From: Candidatus Babeliales bacterium
GTDB taxonomy: Bacteria; Babelota; Babeliae; Babelales; JACPOV01
Assembly (NCBI GenBank): GCA_040879965.1
Contig: JBBDJI010000007.1
Location: forward strand, 29,393-93,392
DNA length: 64,000 nt
Direction: 5' to 3'
The notes under the pieces were generated by a model. That model was not told where the DNA came from. It was given only the letters and a program-made list of their open reading frames with translations, and did no database searches. A program made the position numbers and the translations under genes. This document shows positions 45,682-56,148 of this stretch, piece by piece (positions within the stretch are counted from its first letter, which is position 1; the number at the start of each line of letters is the position of its first letter).

Positions 45682-46337
45682 CGTTTTTTTGTTTTAAGGG
45701 TATCAAGGTTTACAAAATTTATTGGTGAAGCATTTTTAATATCAAGGCGGAAATCAGATTCCCAAGTAAATTCTAAATCGAAATCAGTTTCTTTTTTTGA
45801 TAGATTAAATTCAACAGCATGATTTTCGCGATGATATAAAATTCCCCATTTTTTAAATTCACATTCATAACAAATTTGAAGGTTATTTTCAGTTAATTCG
45901 AAAGTTTTTTTTGTATTTAAATCGATTTCTTTATTTTGTATTGAAACAATGAATTTTTCTGGAATAACTGGCCATGGTGCGGGAGGTTTTCGGTAAGTAA
46001 CCATATCCTTTGTTATTTTATTATGTATTGTGATAATGCGAGTTTTTTTTTCATCTTTTTTTAAAATAGAAGTGCTATTTTCTTTTTTCGTTGATTTTAT
46101 GGGCTTCTCCAATATTAAGTTTTTACTCTTGTCGGATTCTTTTTCTTTTGAAGAATCTAATGAAATTTTTTCTTGATTATTAAAACAGAGAGAAGTTTGC
46201 TTTATTGAATCATTATGTTGTTGATTACTTTCTAAACTTTTCTGCTGTTTTTTTGTAGAATAATGACCTTTTTGAGAAAAAATAAATAGAGAAAAAAAAG
46301 TACAAAAAATAATAAATATATACACTGTTTTTTTCAT
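45678..46337 (-). CDS. Hypothetical secreted protein
   Basis: 219 aa with a signal peptide and a Lys/Ser-rich middle. Confidence 0.45.
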   Translation of the reverse strand: MKKTVYIFIIFCTFFSLFIFSQKGHYSTKKQQKSLESNQQHNDSIKQTSLCFNNQEKISLDSSKEKESDKSKNLILEKPIKSTKKENSTSILKKDEKKTRIITIHNKITKDMVTYRKPPAPWPVIPEKFIVSIQNKEIDLNTKKTFELTENNLQICYECEFKKWGILYHRENHAVEFNLSKKETDFDLEFTWESDFRLDIKNASPINFVNLDTLKTKKR

Positions 46338-46387
46338 TAAAATCCTGCTAAGTATAGATCCTTTTGTTTGATCTCAGTTAGGTTAAG

Positions 46388-48229
46388 TTAATGAATTTTA
46401 TGTTTTTTTTCAAATTCTTGTATTTTGAATATTAATACGGAAATAGCAGCCGGTGTTATTCCTTGAATCAATGCAGCTTGAGCAATAGAGGTAGGCTTAT
46501 GTTTTTTAAGCTTTTCTTGAAGCTCTTTTGATAATCCGGGTAAGTCAGTATAATCAAAAGCAGCCGGTATAATGAGTGTTTGATATTTTTTTGCTTTTTC
46601 TATTTCACGTTGCTCACGTTTTAAATATGGTTCATAACGAATCTCAGCCCATAGAGATTGAATGCTGCGTTCATTAAGGGTATTATTAGTCATTTGGTGA
46701 AGTTGTGCTATATTTTGTTCGTCTTTGCCCAATAAAGCAAGTAGTTTTTCATTGTTTTTACCATTTTTTAAATCACGAATTGCATCTTGAATAATATGTT
46801 GTTCTTTTTGAATAGTTTCATAAAAGGACTTATCTATAAGGCCAAGATTATAGCTTTTATCAGCAAGCCGGTAAAAAACATTATCTTGACGTAAAGTTAA
46901 ACGTGATTCTGCACGAGAAGTAAACATGCGATATGGTTCATCAATGCCGAGCGAGACTAAATCATCGATCATAACACCGATATATCCTTCATGACGGGAA
47001 AGAATAAACGACGGTTGTTTATGTGCTTTTAAATGTGCGTTAATACCGGCAATAATTCCTTGTCCTGCTGCTTCTTCATAACCAGTTGTACCATTAATTT
47101 GTCCTGCTAAAAAAAGACCATTAACATGACGAACTTCAAGTGTATGATTCAGTTGATGTGGGTATACAAAATCATATTCAATTGCATAGCCCGGATATAT
47201 AATTTCGGCGTTTTCGAAGCCTTTAATAGAATTAATAAATTGTTTTTGAGTTTCGAGCGGTAATGAAGTTGAAATACCACTCGGATAAACAACCTCCGTG
47301 GAAGCGCTTTCTGGTTCAACAAAAATATGATGGCCAGTTTTATCAGGAAAACGTGCTATTTTATCTTCAATTGACGGGCAATAGCGAGGGCCTTTCCCAG
47401 AGATATTACCACTATACATTGCGGATAAATGGAGGCTTTGCCTAATAATTTCATGAGTTTTTTCATTAGTATACGTGATGTAACAATCTCGAGTGTGTTT
47501 TGCCTCATGGGGTGTAAATTCAAACAAAAACTTTAAGTTATCAGGTTGTTGCAAAGTAAGCTTAGAAAAATCAATACTTTCTCTTGATAAACGTGGGGGT
47601 GTACCTGTTTTAAGGCGCCCCATTTGAAGACCGAGCTTAGTGAGGCTTTTTGAGAGACCAGTTACCGCATTTTCACCACGCCGTCCTGCTGCAAAATTTT
47701 CTAAACCGATATGAACGCGGCCATTTAAAAAAGTACCAGTAGTAAAAATAACACAAGGAGCACGAAATATCTGGTTTTGAGCGGTTTTTACCCCTTCAAT
47801 AATATTATTATTAACGATAATATCTTCGACAGTATCGCCCAAAATAGTTAAATTATTGATTGATTCAAGATATGTTTTGCTAAGTTTACTATAAGATTCT
47901 TTATCAATTTGTAATCGTAGCCCTTGAACGGCAGGTCCTTTTTTAGTATTTAGCATACGAGCTTGTAAATACGTTTGAGTACAAAGCTTAGGCATAAGAC
48001 CACCTAAGGCACTCACTTCAAACACAATATGCCCTTTGCCAATACCACCGATAGCAGGATTGCAAGGCATAGTACCTATTTTATTGGGATCAAGAGTAAT
48101 GAGAAGGGTTCTGGAACCCATCTGAGCAGCAATATGAGCTGCTTCAATGCCGGCATGCCCACCGCCGACTACAATAACATCAAAATCAGTTAGCAATTTC
48201 TTCATAAAATCTTTTAAAGTAAAAATCAA
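46388..48229 (-). CDS. mnmG: tRNA uridine-5-carboxymethylaminomethyl(34) synthesis enzyme MnmG (GidA)
   Basis: 613 aa. FAD-binding FDVIVVGGGHAGIEAA plus conserved MnmG core motifs. The true start may be the internal Met at ~48205. Confidence 0.9.
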   Translation of the reverse strand: MIFTLKDFMKKLLTDFDVIVVGGGHAGIEAAHIAAQMGSRTLLITLDPNKIGTMPCNPAIGGIGKGHIVFEVSALGGLMPKLCTQTYLQARMLNTKKGPAVQGLRLQIDKESYSKLSKTYLESINNLTILGDTVEDIIVNNNIIEGVKTAQNQIFRAPCVIFTTGTFLNGRVHIGLENFAAGRRGENAVTGLSKSLTKLGLQMGRLKTGTPPRLSRESIDFSKLTLQQPDNLKFLFEFTPHEAKHTRDCYITYTNEKTHEIIRQSLHLSAMYSGNISGKGPRYCPSIEDKIARFPDKTGHHIFVEPESASTEVVYPSGISTSLPLETQKQFINSIKGFENAEIIYPGYAIEYDFVYPHQLNHTLEVRHVNGLFLAGQINGTTGYEEAAGQGIIAGINAHLKAHKQPSFILSRHEGYIGVMIDDLVSLGIDEPYRMFTSRAESRLTLRQDNVFYRLADKSYNLGLIDKSFYETIQKEQHIIQDAIRDLKNGKNNEKLLALLGKDEQNIAQLHQMTNNTLNERSIQSLWAEIRYEPYLKREQREIEKAKKYQTLIIPAAFDYTDLPGLSKELQEKLKKHKPTSIAQAALIQGITPAAISVLIFKIQEFEKKHKIH

Positions 48230-48351
48230 TTAAAAAATCGTAGGGTATATACTCACTGAGAGCAATATCCTACGATTTAAGTATATCCTAACTGGTTTCT
48301 GATAGCAATTAACACCCATTCGTTAACCGAATGAATGTACCTCCATTTCCC

Positions 48352-48960
48352 TTATGATTTTGCAAATGGGTTATACATTTTTGCATATTCAAGTGCAAGT
48401 GCTAAATAACCCACAATTTGATTTATTTTTGATTGGCTTGTTTCATCAATATCATTATTAATTGCAACTTGTTCTGCTTCAGTTCCAGCAGGAGTTGCAG
48501 TATTTTGAACAGCAACAGGTTTAATTTGCAGACGCTTTTTAAGACCAGCAATGCCACCATTATTGATAAGACGTTTACGAGTGTCTTTGGATAATAAGTC
48601 GCGATATTTGACAAAAGTTTTTGATACAACACTAAAAATACGATTATTGCGAATTGATTTTAAAGCAGTAACAAATTCTCTAAGTTTTGCGTTGCCTTTT
48701 ACTTGAGGATGTTCTTTATTTGCTTCAAGCAAAGAAAGAAGCTCATCTATGAATTCATAAAGTGGTTTATTTTTAAATGCACCTTCAAAGTTAAATAAAC
48801 ATGCATTAATGATGCGTTCGATTTCTGCATTTACATTAACTGTAACCACATTGCTTTGATGTGTTGCAGCAATTGTGCGTTCTGTCATTGATGTTGCGAG
48901 TGCACAACCGATCAATAAACTCAGTGATAACGACTTTCTTTTCAATGATAATAATTTCAT
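48352..48960 (-). CDS. Hypothetical secreted protein
   Basis: 202 aa with a signal peptide. Confidence 0.45.
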   Translation of the reverse strand: MKLLSLKRKSLSLSLLIGCALATSMTERTIAATHQSNVVTVNVNAEIERIINACLFNFEGAFKNKPLYEFIDELLSLLEANKEHPQVKGNAKLREFVTALKSIRNNRIFSVVSKTFVKYRDLLSKDTRKRLINNGGIAGLKKRLQIKPVAVQNTATPAGTEAEQVAINNDIDETSQSKINQIVGYLALALEYAKMYNPFAKS

Positions 48961-49268
48961 ATTATTTCCTCCTATAATTTCTAGGATGTAGAATAATCTG
49001 TAAAATTCCAGTTAGCATACTCTAATTCTTAATCAAAAAGAATGCTTTGTCAAAAGGCTTATCAAGAGAAATGGTTAGTTTGCGTATGCCATAGTCTTTG
49101 TTTTATGCATCAAAATGCCTTATGGGTAATATTATCGCCATATTATTGTTTTTTGTATGACGTAGGCAACGACCAGATTTTAATTCTTTATTTGAATAAA
49201 TCTTGGCAATAGCTAATTGATTTAGTTTTCTATTTAGATAATTCCTTTGGATAAAAAGTAAGTTTTAT

Positions 49269-49296
49269 TGTCACTTTTTTTGTTAATTCTATTATG
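49269..49296 (+). promoter_or_regulatory. Sigma70-like promoter TTGTCA-N16-TATTAT upstream of mraY
   Basis: -35 49269-49274 and -10 49291-49296. The ATG lies 29 nt downstream. Confidence 0.4.
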
Positions 49297-49324
49297 ATGC
49301 TAATTATAAATAAATTAATTAGGA

Positions 49325-50395
49325 ATGAAAATCATGATTTATCATATAGCTTATTATTTAAAATCCATTTGGTCTTTTTTTAATGTAGTGCATTATGTTA
49401 GTTTTCGTGCAATGGCTGCTTTATTGAGTTCAATTTTTTTTTCTTTTCTCTTTGGGCAACAATTTATCGAGACTTCAAAGCGATTTTTTAGATCAAAAGC
49501 ACGAGAATGGACACCTTCTTCTCATCGAGCTAAAGATAACATGCCGACAATGGGTGGATTGTTTATTTTAGCAATTGTTACCTTGAATATTTTATTATGG
49601 TGTAATTGGTATAAAACAGATATATGGATTTTTTTAGGTTGTTTGATTGGTTTTGGTGCAATCGGTTTTTACGATGATTGGGCCAAGATCAAGCATGGTA
49701 AAGGAATGAGTGCTGGTTTAAAATTTAAATTACAAGTATTTATAAGTGCAGTTACTATTTTTCTTTTTATTATGAATGGCTTATCAACGACGGTAAGTTT
49801 CCCTTTTGTTAAATGGTTAATGCCTGATATTAGTTGGTTTTATTTAGTTTGGGCAGTTTTTATTATTGTAGGTTGTAGTAATGCAGTTAATCTAACTGAT
49901 GGGCTTGATGGCTTGGCAATTACTTCACTAATACCGAATTTTGTAATATTTTCCATACTCTGTTATTTGGCTGGTCACTATAAAATTGCGCATTATTTGC
50001 ATATTCCATTTGCTGGCAGTGCAGAAATTACCGTTATTGGTGCAACACTTGTGGGCGCTTCGATAGGATTTTTGTGGTATAACGCATATCCGGCACAAAT
50101 TTTTATGGGAGATGTTGGTTCTTTAGCGCTTGGCAGTGGTTTGGCATTAATGGCACTTTTGTCAAAACAAGAAATCTTATTGTCTGTTTCTGGAGGGTTA
50201 TTTGTAATCGAGGCACTTTCAGTAATAACGCAAGTTGGCTCATATAAATTATTTGGAAAAAAAATATTCAGAATGGCGCCAATTCATCATCATTTTGAGC
50301 TGCTTGGTTGGCCAGAATCAAAAATTACCGCACGATTTGGAATTATTTCTCTTATTTTGTGTTTGCTTGCTTTAATGACGATAAAAATGCGTTAA
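49325..50395 (+). CDS. mraY: Phospho-N-acetylmuramoyl-pentapeptide transferase
   Basis: 356 aa. PTMGG, NAVNLTDGLDGLA and MGDVGSLALG motifs. Confidence 0.9.
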   Translation: MKIMIYHIAYYLKSIWSFFNVVHYVSFRAMAALLSSIFFSFLFGQQFIETSKRFFRSKAREWTPSSHRAKDNMPTMGGLFILAIVTLNILLWCNWYKTDIWIFLGCLIGFGAIGFYDDWAKIKHGKGMSAGLKFKLQVFISAVTIFLFIMNGLSTTVSFPFVKWLMPDISWFYLVWAVFIIVGCSNAVNLTDGLDGLAITSLIPNFVIFSILCYLAGHYKIAHYLHIPFAGSAEITVIGATLVGASIGFLWYNAYPAQIFMGDVGSLALGSGLALMALLSKQEILLSVSGGLFVIEALSVITQVGSYKLFGKKIFRMAPIHHHFELLGWPESKITARFGIISLILCLLALMTIKMR

Positions 50396-50396
50396 A

Positions 50397-52055
50397 TTAA
50401 TATTTAAAAAAATATGTGTTCAAGAGGTTTTTTGAATATGAAGAATAAGAAAATAAGAAAGCCTTAATAGTTTTATTTAAAAATAATTTAGAAAATAATG
50501 AATAAGCAAAATGAAAACTAATAAGACCCAATATTATTTTAAAACTTTTAAGTCTTGTTTTTTCTTTTTTGATTTCTAACTTTTTTTGCTCAATTTTTTG
50601 ATTTACAATTGGAATATGTTTTTTAAATATATTTTCCAGAGGTTCAATATCAAAGTGTGTGTCATAAGCTGAACTATGTTTAAAAAGCATCCAGGGGGTA
50701 TTAATTATCATTGATAATAATTCATGGATATATTCATTTACATTATTTATTTTTGAAAGAGTTGTTATTTTGATTAATTTATTTTCATAAGAAACAATAG
50801 CTTCTTCAGCTAAAGAAACAAAATGTGGGTCGATTAGTTGCATAAATTCTTTTTCGATTGGTGTTAAATCGATAATGGAGGATTCATTTTCATTATATGG
50901 ATAATATTGATGTAAAGTTAAAATAGCTTCTGCTGTCGTTTTCATATAGTTTTTGATAATAGAAAAATCTTCAGTAGGTATTAAAGAATTAGAATAAGAA
51001 TTAATATTATTTAATATTGCTAATTTATCTATTTCATTTAATTGAGCGCCATATTGCAACAGTAAAAAAAATATTTTCCAGTCATGGTGTTTTTTATTTA
51101 TTTTTTTTAGTGCATATAAATATGCTGTTTTATCTTGGGAATCTAATATGTTGAGTGATGCACCTTTCTTTAATAAATTTTCAGCTAATTTATAATCGCC
51201 TTTCTCCACTGCTATATGTAAAAGAGTTGATCCATAAAGGTTTTTTTTGTTTATATTTACTAAATTTTTCGTCACTAAGCACTTAAACAAAGAAAAATCA
51301 TTAAGCATTGCTAGCTGATCAGGGGTAATAATGTTGTACTTTAATAATAGATCATACTCATTACCGGTATTATTAGGTTTTTTTGTTAATATACCAATCT
51401 GTTGTATAGACGGTTTAGCCCCTTTTGCAAGTAGCTCATTTAAAAATTTATTATTTTTTGTAGTTAAAGCGATTTCTATTAATTTTTTATTATTTATAAT
51501 CCATTTTGGGTCTACTAAAGCTAAAATTTTAGTAAATCTATTTATATCTTCATTTAATATTAAATGATGCAAAGCTGTTGTTGGATTTATTCTATGATCT
51601 GAAAATAATGTTTTAATTAGTTGCCAATTAAAGCAATAGCAATCTATAGCCGTATTGATATTGGCTTTGCAATACTCATTTAAAATATTTGGGTAGGTAG
51701 TTATTAATGCCCTGAGTTCATAAATTTTTGTATGATGTGTTTTATATAAACGATAGCAAAGTAAATCATCTAAAAAACTACTTATAAAAAAATATTCTTT
51801 TTCTGTCAGTGATTGGGAAATTAAAGATTCTATTATCTTAAATTCAATTTCTACAGGAAGTTTTATGTTTTTATATTGTTTTTTTTCATCGATTAATAAA
51901 TTCTGAGGTTGTTTTTTAGAAACTTTTTGTTGCAAAGCTTTTTTGTAATTATCTAAACCCGAAGAATGCGATAATGACCTAACTAAGACTTTTTGTTTCA
52001 TTGAGTAAGATAATGGAAAAAAAGTGAATGAAATGAGACAAATTATTTTATGCAT
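50397..52055 (-). CDS. F-box-like plus ankyrin-repeat protein with a C-terminal hydrophobic tail (eukaryote-like candidate effector)
   Basis: 552 aa. F-box-like segment IKLPVEIEFKIIESLI near the N-terminus. Ankyrin repeats (e.g. GSTLLHIAVEKGDYKLAENLLKKGASLN, KTAYLYALKK...LLQYGAQLN). C-terminal TM. Confidence 0.6.
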   Translation of the reverse strand: MHKIICLISFTFFPLSYSMKQKVLVRSLSHSSGLDNYKKALQQKVSKKQPQNLLIDEKKQYKNIKLPVEIEFKIIESLISQSLTEKEYFFISSFLDDLLCYRLYKTHHTKIYELRALITTYPNILNEYCKANINTAIDCYCFNWQLIKTLFSDHRINPTTALHHLILNEDINRFTKILALVDPKWIINNKKLIEIALTTKNNKFLNELLAKGAKPSIQQIGILTKKPNNTGNEYDLLLKYNIITPDQLAMLNDFSLFKCLVTKNLVNINKKNLYGSTLLHIAVEKGDYKLAENLLKKGASLNILDSQDKTAYLYALKKINKKHHDWKIFFLLLQYGAQLNEIDKLAILNNINSYSNSLIPTEDFSIIKNYMKTTAEAILTLHQYYPYNENESSIIDLTPIEKEFMQLIDPHFVSLAEEAIVSYENKLIKITTLSKINNVNEYIHELLSMIINTPWMLFKHSSAYDTHFDIEPLENIFKKHIPIVNQKIEQKKLEIKKEKTRLKSFKIILGLISFHFAYSLFSKLFLNKTIKAFLFSYSSYSKNLLNTYFFKY

Positions 52056-52071
52056 TTTAAAAACTCAGTAT

Positions 52072-53373
52072 TTAGATGTTTTTAGATTTATAATTTTTAA
52101 ATAAGTACATGATTACACCAAATACAATATAAAACAAAAAAAATATGAGATGTTCTGTTTTTGCTACAGTAAAGTTTCTAATACTCATCGTTAATAAAAT
52201 TAAGCAGCTGCCAAGACCAAGCCAGGCAATAGGCGGAAAGTAGTTGCCTTGATTAAACGATAACCTTAAAAGAGCGATAATACTTAAAGTAAAAGCAATG
52301 ATTACACCTAAAACGCTTATTTGTTGAAGAGTGGTTTGATGCCCTAATGTTGTTAATAAATACATTATACAAACTAATCCTTCAAATAAAACGCAAAAAA
52401 AAGGGATGCCATATTGATTTTTGCGCCTAAATAAAGAGGCAAAAAAAATATGCTTTTGTTCAGCTAATATATACAAATTCCATGCATTACTAAAAATCAT
52501 ACCATAAGCACCACCCAATGCTGATGATGCACCAGCAATATGTAATATATTAATAATATGTTGAACTAATACTTTATTATTTATGATAAAAGTTTTGAAA
52601 AGAGAAGGGAAAATATCAAGAAAAGAATTACTTTCAAATAAAAGTGTCCCTAAAACTAAAAAAATAATCAATTGATAAATTATGGTAATAGTAATAGTAA
52701 AAATAAAAGAATAAAAAATAGCACGAACTGCATTTTTCTGTGGATTTTCGATCGTTTGACTCAATGCACAGGCGGCCTCAAAGCCAAGAAAAGCATATAA
52801 TACAAGCGGTATAGTACTTGGAATGGCAGCCCATTTTAATGTTTGAGCAGGAATAGTCCAATGATTAAATAAATATATACCGGCGAGAATTACAAAAATA
52901 ATCGGCACTAATTTTAAAAAAATAAATAAATAGGTAATTCGTGTGCTTGTTTTTAAGCCATAATGATTAATCCACATAAATAGTGCAAGAGTAAAAATAT
53001 CTAGAATAAAGGGATTAATAGTTGCAAGAGTAAAAATAATGGTTTGCATAAGCAACGAAAAAACATGAATAAGTAATGCTGCAGAAGCAAGCTTACCAAT
53101 AAAATAAGCCCAAGTGCTTAAAAACCCCCAAAAAGGACTTAATTCATACGCGGCATACGCATAAAAACCACCTTCAGGGTATTTTTGTATAAGCTGAGTG
53201 ATTGCAATAATCAATGGCAACAAGATTAAGGCAACTAAACAATAGCTTACAAAACCAAAAAAACCAGCAATTTTAATGAGGTTAATGGTATTAATAAATA
53301 CGCCAGTACCAAACATAATATTAATATTTATTAAAGTGGCTGACCGTAAAGACAATTTGCCAGTTTCTGCCAT
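52072..53373 (-). CDS. Amino acid permease (APC superfamily)
   Basis: 433 aa, 12 TM, with an APC-type N-terminus (SLRSATLININIMFGTGVF). Confidence 0.65.
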   Translation of the reverse strand: MAETGKLSLRSATLININIMFGTGVFINTINLIKIAGFFGFVSYCLVALILLPLIIAITQLIQKYPEGGFYAYAAYELSPFWGFLSTWAYFIGKLASAALLIHVFSLLMQTIIFTLATINPFILDIFTLALFMWINHYGLKTSTRITYLFIFLKLVPIIFVILAGIYLFNHWTIPAQTLKWAAIPSTIPLVLYAFLGFEAACALSQTIENPQKNAVRAIFYSFIFTITITIIYQLIIFLVLGTLLFESNSFLDIFPSLFKTFIINNKVLVQHIINILHIAGASSALGGAYGMIFSNAWNLYILAEQKHIFFASLFRRKNQYGIPFFCVLFEGLVCIMYLLTTLGHQTTLQQISVLGVIIAFTLSIIALLRLSFNQGNYFPPIAWLGLGSCLILLTMSIRNFTVAKTEHLIFFLFYIVFGVIMYLFKNYKSKNI

Positions 53374-53451
53374 TAAAAAATCCTTGTATGTAAATTTATT
53401 ATTTAAACTATAACTTTATTTACATAACTAATAAAATAATTCATCAAAAAA

Positions 53452-54198
53452 TTATTGATTGGCCCACGCTAAATACATGGCTATGGAACCAGCTACTGCA
53501 GCATTCAAACTTTCAATGCCGCCTGGCATTGCTAAAGTGGCAAATTGATCACAATCAGAAAGCCATTCAGTGGGAATTCCTTGTGCTTCACTACCAATAA
53601 CAAGTAATGCGTTTTTAGTATTGATTTCATGCATAGATTTACCGCCATGTACAATTAAGCCGATAAGATTCAAATTTTTTTTATAATGTAATAATTCTTG
53701 CCATGTCCATTGAAAAATATCAATTTGTGCAATAGCACCAGCACTTGCTTGAATAACTTTTGCATTCCAAGGATCGACACCATCAATGATAACAACTGAT
53801 TTTTTATCCATAGCAGCGCACGTACGAATGAGAGTGCCCATATTTCCAGGATCAGTGATCTGAGCAAGAACTATGCCCTCAGAAAGTTTTGAAGGCTGTG
53901 GTTGTGGTTTGATAGGAAAAACGCCAATTATACCACTTGGCGTTTTTGTTTGACTAATTTTATCAAGAACTTCAGATGTGGTTTCAGTTATATAATCTAT
54001 TGATACTAAAGATCTCACATGATCAATATTTGGTTCCGTCACATAAATCTGTAGAGGATTTAATCCAGCTTTTACTAAAGCACTACAGGTTCGCAATCCT
54101 TCAGCAATAAATCTATTTTGTTGAGAACGTCCTTTAGCATTTTTTAGTTTACTAACGGCTATAATTTCAGGATTTTGCCTTGAAGTTATTTGTTTCAT
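53452..54198 (-). CDS. TrmH/SpoU-family RNA 2'-O-methyltransferase (RlmB-like, with N-terminal substrate-binding domain)
   Basis: 248 aa. SPOUT motifs (LAQITDPGNMGTLIRTCAA, VIGSEAQGI, ESLNAAVAGSIAMY). Confidence 0.75.
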   Translation of the reverse strand: MKQITSRQNPEIIAVSKLKNAKGRSQQNRFIAEGLRTCSALVKAGLNPLQIYVTEPNIDHVRSLVSIDYITETTSEVLDKISQTKTPSGIIGVFPIKPQPQPSKLSEGIVLAQITDPGNMGTLIRTCAAMDKKSVVIIDGVDPWNAKVIQASAGAIAQIDIFQWTWQELLHYKKNLNLIGLIVHGGKSMHEINTKNALLVIGSEAQGIPTEWLSDCDQFATLAMPGGIESLNAAVAGSIAMYLAWANQ

Positions 54199-54200
54199 TA

Positions 54201-55331
54201 TTAAATTTCATCATTTAATATTTGTTTTCGATAGTTTTGCATAAGTTGTACCATAAAGTGAAGATTATGAATAGATGCCAACTGATATGCCGTCATTTCT
54301 TTAGCTTTGAATAAATGATGCAAATAAGCACGGGTATATGTTCTGCAGGTCATACAAGTACAATGCTTATCAATAGGTTCAAAAGAAGTTTTATTTGCAC
54401 TATTAAGAATCTTTAGATTGCCATTATTAGTAAATAAGAGTCCGTGGCGTGCACAACGAGTTGGATGAGAGCTGTCGAAGGTATCCACCCCAAGAGAAAT
54501 TCCTGCCTCTAAAGATGGTAAATCGCCAATGCCGAGTAAATGATTAGGCTTATCAATTGGTAAAGTTGGCATGAGATGAGTAAGCATTTCGATCATTTCT
54601 TGTTTATTTTTTCCGACGCTTCCTCCAATGGCGAATCCATCAAATGGAAGACTGGTTAGGTATTGAGCACTTTCTATGCGTAATTTTTTATCAATACCAC
54701 CATGAATAACTGCATACATCGCCTGATTATTTGGATTTTTTAAATGTTCATCGAGCGATCTTTTTTCCCATCGATGTGTGCGATCGAGTGAACGTTTTAA
54801 TGCGTTAGGATCAATATGATAGGGTGGCAATTCATCAAAAGGAATAATAATATCGGCACCCAAATCTTTTTGTGCTTGTACTGAAGTTTCGGGTGTAAGT
54901 AAAACTGGAGAGCCATCGCGATAAGAACGAAAGAGCACTCCCTCTTCATCAATTTTTATTACAGAATTATCATATTTTTTCTTACCTTTACTTTTAAGCT
55001 CATCTTTAACGGTGCCGTAAGCAAGACTGAATACTTGAAAGCCACCAGAATCGGTTATAATAGGACTTTTTCGGTTAATAAAAGTATGCAAACCACCTGC
55101 TTTTTTTACCACATCCGTACCAGGTTGAAGTAGAAGATGATAGGTATTGCAAAACATTAATTGCAAGCCAATATCTTCGATAGTTTTTGAATCGAGAGCC
55201 TTCAGCGTAGCATTAGTGCCAACGGCGACAAAATTAGGCGTATCAATGATGCCATGTGGTGTATGAATTTTTCCTGCCCGTGCACGAGATTTTTTTGATT
55301 GATGAATTACTTCAAATTTAAAGGTATTCAT
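54201..55331 (-). CDS. tgt: Queuine tRNA-ribosyltransferase
   Basis: 376 aa. Catalytic DSGGFQ and the C-terminal zinc motif CTCMTCRTYTRAYLHHL. Confidence 0.9.
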   Translation of the reverse strand: MNTFKFEVIHQSKKSRARAGKIHTPHGIIDTPNFVAVGTNATLKALDSKTIEDIGLQLMFCNTYHLLLQPGTDVVKKAGGLHTFINRKSPIITDSGGFQVFSLAYGTVKDELKSKGKKKYDNSVIKIDEEGVLFRSYRDGSPVLLTPETSVQAQKDLGADIIIPFDELPPYHIDPNALKRSLDRTHRWEKRSLDEHLKNPNNQAMYAVIHGGIDKKLRIESAQYLTSLPFDGFAIGGSVGKNKQEMIEMLTHLMPTLPIDKPNHLLGIGDLPSLEAGISLGVDTFDSSHPTRCARHGLLFTNNGNLKILNSANKTSFEPIDKHCTCMTCRTYTRAYLHHLFKAKEMTAYQLASIHNLHFMVQLMQNYRKQILNDEI

Positions 55332-55999
55332 GAGGCGATTTTTTCTTTTGGAATATATTTAGAGAGCCAAATAAAGGGGCTCATGCTGGTTATCGTTATA
55401 ATTTTAATAGCATAACCAAACAGAATAACGTCAAAAATATTGCCCACTATACCGTATAAAGCTAAAAAGCTGAAAAGTATTGTATCAATGCCTTGTGACA
55501 CTGTCATGGTTATTATATTTCTTAAAACCAGATACCGCCCATTTGTTGCTGTTTTAAGCAGTGAATATAACCGGTATTCTATGCTTTGGGAAGTAAAATA
55601 CGAAAATAATGAAGCTATTACAATACGTGGCGTATTGCCCAGTATTGCATTAAAATGCAAATGGCTCGTATCGCACCAATTAGGCTGATAGCATAGATGG
55701 ATAGTACTAAAAATAGTAAAGACTACCGTAGCGCCAAATGCAATATAAAGTGCTTTGCGAGTAGATAGGCGTCCATAATATTCATTTAATAGATTCAGAC
55801 CGGTTACCGCACCAATAGCAAAAGCATCACTTGCCGTTACCTGTAGATTAAATAGAGTAATCTGTTTAACGACAAAAAGATTGGCCAAAATGCCTGATAG
55901 TGCAACGAAGGTTATGAGCGCTTCTTTGCCCAACCAGAGAGCCAGAAGGGCTATGCCGATCAAAAATGTACTTTGAAAAACGAAAATTAATTCATTCAT
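55328..55999 (-). CDS. yhhQ: Queuosine-precursor transporter (YhhQ/DUF165 family)
   Basis: 223 aa, 6 TM. Overlaps the tgt start (operon). Confidence 0.6.
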   Translation of the reverse strand: MNELIFVFQSTFLIGIALLALWLGKEALITFVALSGILANLFVVKQITLFNLQVTASDAFAIGAVTGLNLLNEYYGRLSTRKALYIAFGATVVFTIFSTIHLCYQPNWCDTSHLHFNAILGNTPRIVIASLFSYFTSQSIEYRLYSLLKTATNGRYLVLRNIITMTVSQGIDTILFSFLALYGIVGNIFDVILFGYAIKIITITSMSPFIWLSKYIPKEKIAS

Positions 56000-56148
56000 A
56001 ATATCAAGATTATCCTTTGTGTTTATTACTAATTATAAATAAAATTCAGAAAATTACCATTTTAAAGAGCTAAAATTCTTTATTGAGTATTATGATTTTC
56101 TGGTATAGATTCACAAAAAAAGACCATATTAAAAAATAAAGGAGGGAT

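Noticed and set aside
48235-48333. Two hairpins (AAATCGTAGG...CCTACGATTT with a 24-nt loop; CATTCG-TTAAC-CGAATG) between gene 48352-48960 and mnmG
   Set aside because: They lack flanking U-tracts on either strand, so they are not confident terminators. Possibly RNA-processing or regulatory hairpins, but there is too little evidence to call a feature.
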